Of a stretch of DNA of 64,000 nucleotides, positions 27,784-38,809 are shown piece after piece; positions within the stretch are counted from its first letter, which is position 1; each line of letters starts with the position of its first letter. The position numbers were made by a program, and so were the translations under genes. Source of the stretch: Octopus bimaculoides (taxonomy: Eukaryota); the NCBI RefSeq assembly GCF_001194135.2, contig NC_068981.1, positions 19,858,350 to 19,922,349 on the forward strand, read 5' to 3'. Under the pieces are notes generated by a model, which was not told the DNA's origin, did not search any database, and saw only the letters and a program-made list of their open reading frames with translations.

Positions 27784-27970
27784 TGGGAGAATTTACGAAA
27801 AACCAACAAATGAAGACAGGTGGTGTAAACAACAAATGGATGTATTAGTTTAACGCTCGGAAATAGAGAAAGTCTTTGACATTTCAAGCTACGATCTTCA
27901 ACTGAAAGGAACACAGAACGAAATAAGGAGAGAAACAAGGAGAAAAAAAATATAAATGTATTGGTCAGCG
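27784..27970 (-). mobile_element. Penelope-like element terminal-repeat relic with degenerate hammerhead (27874-27908)
   Basis: Minus strand CTTT-CAGTTGA-AGATCGTAGCTT-GAAAT-GTC-AAAG matches the CTGNNGA...GAAAC-GTC layout with a CTTT/AAAG stem I, inside a non-microsatellite block. Confidence 0.45.
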
Positions 27971-27973
27971 ATC

Positions 27974-28026
<53 letters not shown>

Positions 28027-28306
28027 NNNNNNNNNNNNNNNNNNNNNNNNNNNNNNNNNNNNNNNNNNNNNNNNNNNNNNNNNNNNNNNNNNNNNNNNNN
28101 NNNNNNNNNNNNNNNNNNNNNNNNNNNNNNNNNNNNNNNNNNNNNNNNNNNNNNNNNNNNNNNNNNNNNNNNNNNNNNNNNNNNNNNNNNNNNNNNNNNN
28201 NNNNNNNNNNNNNNNNNNNNNNNNNNNNNNNNNNNNNNNNNNNNNNNNNNNNNNNNNNNNNNNNNNNNNNNNNNNNNNNNNNNNNNNNNNNNNNNNNNNN
28301 NNNNNN

Positions 28307-28339
<33 letters not shown>

Positions 28340-29040
28340 ATATATATATATGTTTTGCAGCCACCAATTTCACTTTCAAAACATTGGTCGGTCTAGGTCT
28401 GCATTAGAAAACACCTGCCCAATTTGCCACACAGTGGAACTGGACCCAATACTAGATGGTAGTGAAGCAATCTTCTTATTGTCACACATCCATGCCTTCG
28501 CTTGGTATTTCAACAAAAAAATGTAATTTGCTGACAATTTCTTTTTTTGGGGGGAAATATTCTATAATGAATATAACAAGCAGTTATTCAGAGCGCTTAT
28601 CTAGATTACTGTGTATGACCCACTCTTTAGTGTTATAACTCAACTTTAATGACTTATAGAGAAGACTTGTAAAAAGTAATTATTTCAACTTTATTGAATA
28701 AATCACTGTGTCCTCACACACTAGAATCTACTTGGTTATTTTTATCTGTAGAATATTACTTAATTTTCTATTATATAGCTTTTATCTATATATATATTTT
28801 AAAAATTAATTAGAGGCTAATGTTGATTTTAGTTATTAAGAATATTATCGCATTCACTAAACGAGTTGTGTGTTTATTTCTGATTAAACTTGTATTGATT
28901 TTTACTTTATTAAAAATTCTGAGGCTTTCTGATGTCTTTTGTGAGTGGATATATGTATAAATATATATGTAAGGATATACATATATGTGTGTGTCTGTAG
29001 ACATATGTATATATGTATGGACATGTATGTATATACGTAT

Positions 29041-29440
29041 ACTCTTACTCTTTACTCTTTTACTTGTTTCAGTCATTTGACTGCGGCCATGCTGGAGCAC
29101 CGCCTTTAGTCGAGCAAATCGACCCCAGGACTTATTCTTTGTAAGCCTAGTACTTATTCTATCGATCTCTTTTGCTGAACCGCTAAGTTACGGGGACGTA
29201 AACACACCAGCATCGGTTGTCAAGCGATGGTGGGGGTACAAACACAGACACACAAACATATATATATACATATATACGACGGGCTTCTTTCAGTTTCCAT
29301 CTACCAAATCCACTCACAAGGCTTTGGTCGGCCCGAGGCTATAGTAGAAGACACTTGCCCAAGGTGCCACGCAGTGGGACTGAACCCAGAACCATGTGGT
29401 TGGTAAGCAAGCTACTTACCACACAGCCACTCCTACGCCT
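29041..29440 (-). mobile_element. tRNA-derived SINE family A, near full length
   Basis: Minus head AGGCGTAGGAGTGGCTGTGTGGTAAG (A box) ... GGGTTCAGTCCC (B-box-like) ... CCTTGGGCAAGT, with a GAGTA-repeat tail. Partial copies at about 3461-3613, 12135-12240, 29620-29696, 50570-50670, 55057-55215 and 58163-58430. Confidence 0.85.
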
Positions 29441-29710
29441 ATGAATACGTATATGTATTTATATGTATATTATCCCTGTCTCTATCCGCTAGCCACTCTC
29501 CATTCACATTGTTGTAAGCTTATTTATCAATCCACTTACCCTGTTCAATCCTTGGTGCTGCTTACATTCACCTCTCTGTAACTTGAGACTGTCACATCTT
29601 CACTGCCATCTTGTCTGTCTCGAGGCTACAGTAAAAGACACTTGCCCAGTGGGACTGAACCCGGAACCATGTGGTTGGGAAGCAAGCTTCTTACCACTGT
29701 ATCTATAGAT

Positions 29711-29802
29711 AAATATGGAACACTTCACAAATTTGCGTATCATCCTTGCACAGGGGCCATGCTAATCTTCTTTGTATCATTCCAATTTTAGAATATGTAC
29801 TG
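29711..29802 (-). pseudogene. U6: U6 snRNA retropseudogene, 5'-truncated
   Basis: Reverse complement CAGTACATATTCTAAAATTGGAATGATACAAAGAAGATTAGCATGGCCCCTGTGCAAGGATGATACGCAAATTTGTGAAGTGTTCCATATTT aligns to U6 from about nt 14 to the 3' end with 8 substitutions. The ACAGAGA box is mutated to ACAAAGA and the 5' stem-loop is missing. Confidence 0.95.
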
Positions 29803-30004
29803 TATATATATCATCATCATCATCATCATTTAATGTCCATCTTCCATGCTTGCATGGCTTGGATGGTTTGACATGGAGCTGTCAAGCCAGACAGAGGACT
29901 GCACCAAACTCCAGTGTCTGTTTTGGCATTGTTTTATACACATGCATATATGTAGATGTATACATGTGTATATATAAGTATGTATATGTGTGTGTGTGTA
30001 TACG

Positions 30005-30549
30005 AATTATAAATATCATTACAATACAATCGTATTATTTTCCAGCTAAAACTAACACCGTGAAGTTAGAATTATAAATAATAGTGGCACAACAAGGCAC
30101 CAATGTTTGCTGGAAATAGCAGTCAATAACCGTATGACGCTATGTAAAGCTTCACTGAATGTATACAGGCAAAGGTGTATGTGGTTGGCGAACATAAAAA
30201 TTTTCGTCTTACCTCTGGGAAGAACCCTGGATAAATGAACAACCTAGAATAGATAATCTAGTACTCGAGTTTCAGACTTTCCAGAATATGCTCGATATCA
30301 TAAATTTGGTTAGTCTTCTTCAGCTAGGTTCACCAAAGACGAAATTTAAAATATTCGCTACATGAGTGCCTGTATATTCGTCTGATATGTCTAGCCATAA
30401 ACAGAACTGAGATCAGTGAAAAAGTTTCATATAAAAATTATAAATATCATTGCAATACAATAGTATTATTTTCCAGCTAAATAAAGCACCGTAAAGGTAG
30501 AATTATAAATAAGAAATAGTGGTACAACAAGGCACCAATGTTTGCTGGA
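30005..30549 (-). mobile_element. Candidate retrozyme / Penelope-like pseudo-LTR: 431-bp monomer plus about 110-bp partial tandem copy containing the hammerhead
   Basis: 30005-30114 and 30436-30549 are near-identical direct repeats (AATTATAAATATCATT...CACCAATGTTTGCTGGA), period 431. The unique spacer holds the hammerhead, has nested inverted repeats, and is visibly more CpG-rich than the background. Confidence 0.55.
30255..30330 (-). ncRNA. Type I hammerhead ribozyme with intact catalytic core and palindromic minimal stem III
   Basis: Minus strand reads AACCTAG (stem I 5') - CTGAAGA (core) - AGACT..33 nt..AGTCT (5-bp stem II, extended by imperfect CCA/TGG and TATG/CATA pairing) - GAAAC-TCGA-GTA (palindromic ACTCGAGT stem III, GUA cleavage triplet) - CTAGATT (stem I 3', 6 of 7 paired). 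Predicted cut between 30262 and 30261. The 10.1-11.1 pair is A-U rather than the usual G-C. Confidence 0.8.
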
Positions 30550-30688
30550 TTTCAGCTGCATGGAAACTCAGCATTACACTTCTCTGCATTAGATTACTAT
30601 GTGGTCTGATAGCTCTGTTAGAACAACTTTCTGTGATAGGCACATGATTATTTGGATCCATATCTTTTATCACAAATTTACATATACT

Positions 30689-30733
<45 letters not shown>

Positions 30734-31034
30734 CATGCATACACACACACACACACGCACACACACAGAGGCGGATGTTAAATGATGATGATGAAGATAC
30801 ATGTATTTATAATATTAATGCACAATATATGGATTTATTTTACCCAGTGGTACTCACAAAAAAAAAAAACTTCTTTNNNNNNNNNNNNNNNNNNNNNNNN
30901 NNNNNNNNNNNNNNNNNNNNNNNNNNNNNNNNNNNNNNNNNNNNNNNNNNNNNNNNNNNNNNNNNNNNNNNNNNNNNNNNNNNNNNNNNNNNNNNNNNNN
31001 NNNNNNNNNNNNNNNNNNNNNNNNNNNNNNNNNN

Positions 31035-31065
<31 letters not shown>

Positions 31066-31948
31066 TAGACAAAATGAGATAACAAAGCCAAGACTGTGAG
31101 GAGTTTTCAGGACATTTATAAGGAAAAAGATATATAGTCTTACAGTTGTTTCTGGGATATTATGGATATTCCTTCATTAGAGTGTGAGCTGGTTAAATCA
31201 TCATCATCATTATCATCGTTTAACGTCCGCTTTCCATGCTAGCATGGGTTGGACGATTCGACTGAGGACTGGTGAAACCCGATGGCTACACCAGGCTCCA
31301 ATCTGATTTGGCAGAGTTTCTACAGCTGGATGCCCTTCCTAACGCCAAATAGAGGTAAATATATGATTTTGTAATAAGGAATTATTCATATATATATTTA
31401 TGTATTTAGGTATCATCCTCATCATTTAATGTCCGTTTTCCATGCTGTCATGGGTTGGATGGTTTGGTTACTACAACTGTTCTTATCACTTTACAGACTC
31501 TTCTGGGTGTTTTTACATGGCACCATCACCAGTGCTTTTTAAGTGACTAGTGACTGAGACCTTTGGTGATATGCTGTGCATGAGAAGACTTGTCAAGCCA
31601 AGTGATATTATAGTTGTGGCTGACGCTGGTGTCATGTAAGTGGCACCCATGCCGGAAGAATGTAAAAAGCACCTTTTGAGCATTGGGCATCACGTAGGCA
31701 CGTAAAACTCCTTTCAAGTATTGGGCCTCATGGCGGCAATGACCGAAACCTTTGGCATTATGTCGTGCTTGAGAAGAAGACCCATCAAGCAAGTAAGATC
31801 GCAGTCATGGCAGATACTGGTGTTGTGCAAATGGCACCTGTGCCAGAGGCATGTAAAAGCACCCATGCCAAATCAAACTGGCGTCTGGTGCAGCCTTCTA
31901 GCTTGCCAGCCCTGGTCAATGAATGCTAAATGATGATGATGATGATGA

Positions 31949-32033
<85 letters not shown>

Positions 32034-32989
32034 TACATATCTATATGCATATATGAGTGTGTACACACACATGAATCTCCTGATCTGAACCTAATACACA
32101 CTTATGTTGGACACACCAGTGTACAAAGCTATTTTGATGCTTGACTAAACTTGAAACAATAACACAAGTCCCACTTCAGACTAACAAAGTCTTCCGACAA
32201 TAACTTTCTACTAATGCACACTCTACAAACACTTTTCCTCTTATCCTTTTCTGTCCCACTTCTTATAGATCTACTTCCCAAACCTACATGCACCAAGTAT
32301 AATTGTCATTTCACATATCTCCACCCATCCCAGAATTAACAACTTGCCAAAGACTATAAATGCCTAAAAGAACCTAAATAAGTACAGTTTGATTAAGTTT
32401 TACAAGCCAAAAGTCCAAAGTTACCTATCAGCCCTCTACTTCAAAATATATACCATCATCTTTTAATGCCTGTTTTCCATGCTGGCCTGGGTTTGATAGT
32501 TTGAGTGGAAACTGGCTAGCCAGAGAGCTGTACCTTGTTCTAGTTATCTGTTTTGACATGGTTTCGCTGGCTGGGTGGCCTTCCTAATACCAACAACTTC
32601 ACAAGGTGTACTGGGTGCTTTTTACATGGCACCAATACCAGCGCTATTATGTGCACCAGCACAAGTGCATTATTTATATATATTCATCATCATCATCATC
32701 GTTTAACGTCCGCTTTCCATGCTAGTATGGGTTGGACGATATGACTGAGGACTGGCAAGCCAGAAGGCTGTACCAGGCTCCAATCTGATCTGGCAGAGTT
32801 TCTACAGCTGGATGTCCTTCCTGACACCAACCACTCTGAGAGTGTAGTGGGTGCTTTTACGTGCCACTGGCACGAGGGCCAGTCACACAGTACTGGCAAT
32901 GGCCACGCTCAAAAGGTGTTTTTTACGTGCCACCTGTATATATACATACATATACATATGCCACCTACATATATACATACACACACACA

Positions 32990-33077
<88 letters not shown>

Positions 33078-34133
33078 CACTCACACATATATATATGTAT
33101 ATATACATACATAGGTACACACACACACATATATATACTTATATGTATGTACGTATGTATATATATATATGTATGCATACATATAATGTATATTGTATAT
33201 TTTGTATTAATTATACAGCATTGTAAATTTACTCCCATGATAGCCAATTCATGTTACTGAGTTTTGTATTAAAGAACTTTTGAAGTATGGAAAGGTAGAT
33301 TAAGTCATCCGATATGGACAGTTAATTTATATTTCCACTCTTGGAAGGTTAGTTAACATGAAGCCATTTGATAACATGGATGCTTTTAATGTACAAAAAC
33401 ATGAATGTACCCAGTACTTATATCAAGAATTTTATAGTCTAATTTATGGTTGTAATCTTGGATGTCATACACACATACACGCATATACACATTTACAAAA
33501 AAATATTAAAAAATTTGTTTTTAAATTTTGATTGTTCCTGATTGAAACAGATATAGTTAATCTACTTAAGCGATATTAATTGTACCTATTAGGGGCTTTT
33601 CTAAAATTACTTTCTTTAATTTTGGAATTAAATTATTGTTGTGAAAACTTTGAACTTTAATTAGTAATACTATTTATTAACATTATTAGCATTAATGGAA
33701 AACTTCTAAGCAGAAATTTTAAAATCTCTGTTTTTATTCTGAATATTTCAGAAGTTTTGTTTTAAAATAAACCACTTTGAAATATGTCTTGTGCTAAGAG
33801 AATTCTTTCCCCACCACCCTTGCCATTGTTTATGTATCAGCTTATGTCAGTATTAATAGGTTCTGATGGTAAATTTTGGCAGCTTCGGTGCTGTAGTATG
33901 AATATTAATGCTGCCAAAAGTAATCAACTCTTGGCATCTTTTATTATACAATGTACTATTTTGTGGAATTATCTTGTATTTTATTCTCCTTAGGCTCTTT
34001 TCTTATAGCTTATTTGAGTTGACTAGATAATGCTTATTTACTAATAACTATATTTTGTTACTTTTTGTGAGCATTTCTAATTAGTAACAGGTCATTTGGC
34101 TTCAGAAGTAAAAGATGATGATAGCGACAACAA

Positions 34134-34167
<34 letters not shown>

Positions 34168-34239
34168 CATCATTTCTTCTTCATTGCATGATAAAAGTGT
34201 GGTACTACAAGTTGGTACTGTTAAAGGACAATGTGTTTA

Positions 34240-35470
34240 CTCATCTGTTAATGAAACCGAGCCTAAACATATTTCCTTGTTATCCCCAGAGTTTTGGCTG
34301 GTGGTCCTCTGGAAACTGGAGTTTGTTGCTCTTTGTTGCTTGCTATTGATTTCCATTACTTTTGTTTGTCTTGTTTTTGATTTATTTTCCCAATTTTGTT
34401 GGGGCAAGTCAGCTTGAAGGTGTGTTTTATTTCGACAAATATAGCAACTAAGCTTTCTGTCCTGTATAATTAATTTCTGGCTTTTGTCCTAGTGCTTCCC
34501 ACTGGGCATAGTTCTTGTATTGTTGTGGCCTTTCTGGGGTCATTAGTACTTGCATGACTATTTTGACACCACTCCCCTAACCACAAATCATTTGTTAAAC
34601 TTTTTTTGACCATACTCCCAAACTGAAACGCAAAAGCCACTACTAGCCATGAGTGTATTTTGTCTAGTGTCTCTCATTGTGATTCTTGTGGTTCTTTAAC
34701 CCATGTATTGGTTCACAAATGTAGAAACATAGATACACCTGACAATTTCGACCTGTGGTTTGGCTGCATCTTCAGTTTCAAAGTTACAACAAATAATATC
34801 AAAACTTTTGCTTTTTCAATTGAGATTAATTCTCTCAGTATGTAAGACTTGTTGTACAACTTGATGCAAGGAGAATTTTCATTTATTTCCATCTTTTCAT
34901 CAGCAGAAAGTTATAATTTTTTTCCTTCACCCTCTCTTGGATTATCTTGCATGGCAAAGAAATGCTGCTGATTTTTTACAAAATTCTGCCGTTTGCATAT
35001 TTTTCTTGTAACTGTGATAGGCCTCATAATTCTGTTTGTTTAGTCTTGAAGGAAGATTTGTTTTCACAGAAACAGGTAGCAATAATTAGATTCATCTAAG
35101 AGTTGCTTTATTTTGTTGTTGTTATTATTGTCATTATCTTCCAAATTACTTATTTGAGTATTTTGGGACATTTTGCTTTTTCAATTGATTACTATATTAT
35201 TCATTGTTTTCTTCCTCTTGCATATTTAGTTCTATTTTTGTTGCTTTTTTATAGCCATTGTTGTGTACCATATGAGATTGCCATTTTAGGTGTCAAAAAG
35301 TAATGTGTATAAGTAATATTTAAAAGATTTGTGAAGCATACCTCTTTTTTTTCTCTTGTACACTCCTAGGCATTGAGATCAGCCTTTTTTAAAGTTCTTT
35401 TCACTAGTGCTCCCCAAAAATTTCAGCTGATAATGCTTGGATAAATCTTGTGTTGAAAGAAGTAAAAACA
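34240..35470 (-). mobile_element. Degenerate gag-like retroelement relic with CCHC zinc knuckle (34401-34446)
   Basis: Minus strand CYICRNKTHLQAD(+1 T)CP equals CX2CX4HX4C after removing one inserted base. It sits in about 1.2 kb of A-rich, coding-like sequence interrupted by stops. Confidence 0.55.
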
Positions 35471-36169
35471 TCTTCATACTACATGAGTCAAATATAATAA
35501 TAATCCAAATATAGGCACAAGGCCTGAAATTTTAGGGGAGAGGGCTAGTTGATTACATTGACCCTAGTGCTCAACTGGACTTTGAAAGGTTGAAAGATAA
35601 ATTTGGCCTTGGTGAAATTTGAACTCTGAATGTAAAGACACACAAAATACCACTAGACATTTTGTCTGACATGTTAACGATATTGCCAGCTCACTACTTG
35701 AATAGTACTAACAACAACAATAGTAAAAATAATGATCCTTTCTACTAAAGGCACAAGGCCTGAAATTTGGGGTGAAGGGATAAGTCAATTACATCAACCC
35801 AAGTGCGTAACTAGTACTTATTTCATCAACCCCAAAACGATGAGAAGCAAAGTCAACTTTGGTGAAATTTGAACTCAGAATGTAAGGACAGACAAAATGC
35901 TGTTAAGCATTTTGCCTGATGTGCTAACGATTCTGCCAAATTTTGGCACAAGGTCAGCAATTTTGAGGGAAGCTGCTAGTCACTTATATCAACTCAGTAT
36001 TTGACTGGCACCTTATTTTATCAACCCTGAACATGGAATATAAAGAGTTGAAAGAAATGCCTCTAAGCATTTTGTCTGATGTGCTAAAGATTCTGTCAGC
36101 TTGCCCCCTTAATAATAATAATGGTAATTATAATGATGATGATGATGATGATGATAGTTGTTGTTGTTG

Positions 36170-36480
36170 TTATTACTATTTCTTTATTAGCTACAAAGGT
36201 CTAAAATATCAGGAACAGTTCAAGAAATGGGAAACTAAGCAGTAGGAGTTTACATGAGCACAAAATACCAAGACCAAAATTAACAAAGTTCCCCAATATG
36301 AGTAGGAGGCACAGCTGCCTAGGGCTCATGAAGGAACCCCATAGACACCCTCCAGTTTTATCCTGGTACTGAGGGTAAGTACGCTCTCCAGCTATCATTC
36401 CCCAACCTACAGGCACATGCACAAAGTGGACCATTCACTTGCCATTCTCATCTGCCTCTCAACAAATTTCCTGGAGGGCA
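36170..36480 (-). mobile_element. Possible L1/Tx1-like LINE 3' end
   Basis: Minus strand RKFVERQMRMA-like stretch, then a pyrimidine-rich UTR ending in AATAAA next to simple repeats; weak. Confidence 0.3.
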
Positions 36481-38181
36481 GCACATCCCACTTTACCCTA
36501 AATTCCTCTCCAAGTTGAAATTTTAAAAGTTGATGAGAAAAAGTTAGTCAATAGTTTAACATTTCTGAAATATTCATGTTTTTATACAAATTTCCCTGAA
36601 GCAAAACAGGAACGAATTTTTCATGTTAAATTTCCCAAAAGTGTTTCTTGATCACACAAGAAATATTTATTGATAAAGTTAAAAAATTTGTGCTTTATCT
36701 TTCAGAATATTGTTGTATTCTTGATTCTATCTAAGAATTTTTTTAAAAACTTAGGAATTACAGAATATACTCCAAATGTATGTAAAGGGTCAGTTTATAA
36801 CAAATGAAGACATTTCTAATCAGTTCTAATTTATTTGAAAAATGGCAATCTTCCTTAGACACAGACCACATCCCCACTCTCTCCACACACCATGTAATGT
36901 CATGTTTTTAAGAATCAACAATTAAGAAAAATTTAAATGGACAAGTAAATTAGCTAATTACTTTAGTTGTTTATAATCTATCAACTTCAGTATGATTCTA
37001 ATAGATTGTGACATGTTCTACGCTAATTAGGATGCCACATAATCTATTCATCTATCACAAACGCTTTAAAACCTCCATAGATCAAATCTGTTTCTGTTCT
37101 AAAGTAATCACCTAAATCCCAAACAAATTTCAGAATTTGGTACCATTCTCTGGAATTATGTTGGGTCTAACACCATCATCTTTATTGATTTCTACAAACT
37201 GAATCATAAGACAGGTTTCATCTATGCAAGACTTTATCATATATGACAGGTAAGATCCTGAACAGCAAAATTTATTGTGCATATATGCACTCAACACACA
37301 CAAATACATTAACACACACACACACACATACACATGCTTGCATTCAAATACTTTATACTCTCACATATAGTAACACAAATTCAAAATGCCTTTGGATGAA
37401 CTTCTGTTTGTGGTTATCAGGGCTATTTGAGAAAACGCTTTAACATTAATTTTGATTTGCTCAGCAAAGATGAACCAATAAATGAGCTTCTTTGTAGGCA
37501 CTCAGCTTATTAGAAATAGTGAACAAAATCTTTTCAAATCATACTCCACCATCTTAAAAAAGAATGAAGTAACTTGTTGTATACACCTCCCACTTCTCAG
37601 CTCAGGGTGAAATATCTTTGATCATAGGCTTACTGGAATCACATTAACCTGAGTTTTACCAATAACAACATCAGCTTGGTTTTATAAAAGCACATTGGAA
37701 TCAGTTGATTCATTAGTTGTATAATTCTTCTCTTAGTGGAACTGTTTGGTTAAGCAAATCAGGTTGTTTCAATGTTGTCTTCTAATAAACGTGGCTGCTT
37801 GCAGTTGCTTCTGCTGAAAGAGTATATAGACATAAATATTAAATTATCTAATGTAGATGACAAACTTCATCAAAGCTGCACTAATTCATGTGGATTTGAT
37901 AATTAAAGTTTTTTTATTGTTGTTATTCAAACTGAAGTCTGTCTTGATCAGTTAGACTGTGGTCATAGGTATTCCAGCCATATCCATCCTATCTTTTTTT
38001 TGTAATGTAACATTTCTGGTATTAGTTTATCAGATTTATCCTTCCTATTTAAAAACGATATAATTTGAGAGAGATTTGGTAGTTATTTCTAACTGATCAT
38101 TGCTGGACTTTCCAAAATAAGAAATGGGAAATTACTATTTTCAAATCTCACAACAAGAGATATTCAGCAACAGTACTTTGG

Positions 38182-38521
38182 AGTAAAGATTTTTGCCAAC
38201 ATAACATGGCAGTCCTAGTTTAGGACGAATGTTGCTGTAATTTAGCCCCAGGAAACATCGTCTCCAGCTGGCTATACGACATAATCTATATTTGAAAATA
38301 TAAGGCCTGGTGTAGCCATCTGGTTTCACCAGTCCTCAGTCAAATCGTCCAACCCATGCTAGCATGGAAAGCGGACGTTAAACGACGACGACGGCGACGA
38401 CAACGACGAAGGACACAGATCATGTTGTATAGCCAGCTGGAGATTATGTCTACTGGGGTAAATCACAGCAACATTTGTCCTAAACCAGGACTGCCATGTT
38501 ATTTTGGCAAAAATATTTACT
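38182..38521. mobile_element. Foldback/MITE with about 105-bp inverted arms, carrying an RTE-tail copy between the arms
   Basis: 38182-38288 and 38417-38521 are reverse complements (TTTTTGCCAA.ATAACATGGCAGTCCT.GTTT.AGGAC.AATGTTGCTGT...CTCCAGCTGGCTATAC). Confidence 0.8.
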
Positions 38522-38809
38522 GATAAGAAATGGTTGAGTAATTCTGATAGAAAATTTTGGATTTATTGTTAAGTCTATCACAGTAAATGTACTTTCTGAT
38601 TATAAACATTTCATTTATGACTTTCCATCATGGACAATCATATCTTTTTGTAGATCTAAGACAACATTCTAATGTGTCTTATCCTTTAGAATCTCTTGCA
38701 GAGCCCAGTCTTTTGCATGCATTTAGGCCAGATTCCTGACTTGAGGATATATCATTCCTTTTTACTCACCATTGTCAGAAGTCTGTGTGTCTTTGTGCAT
38801 ATATGTATA

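Noticed and set aside
30005-30549. TRIM/LTR mini-retrotransposon interpretation of the direct repeats
   Set aside because: No TG...CA termini, primer-binding site or polypurine tract visible; the hammerhead-bearing partial-tandem model fits better.
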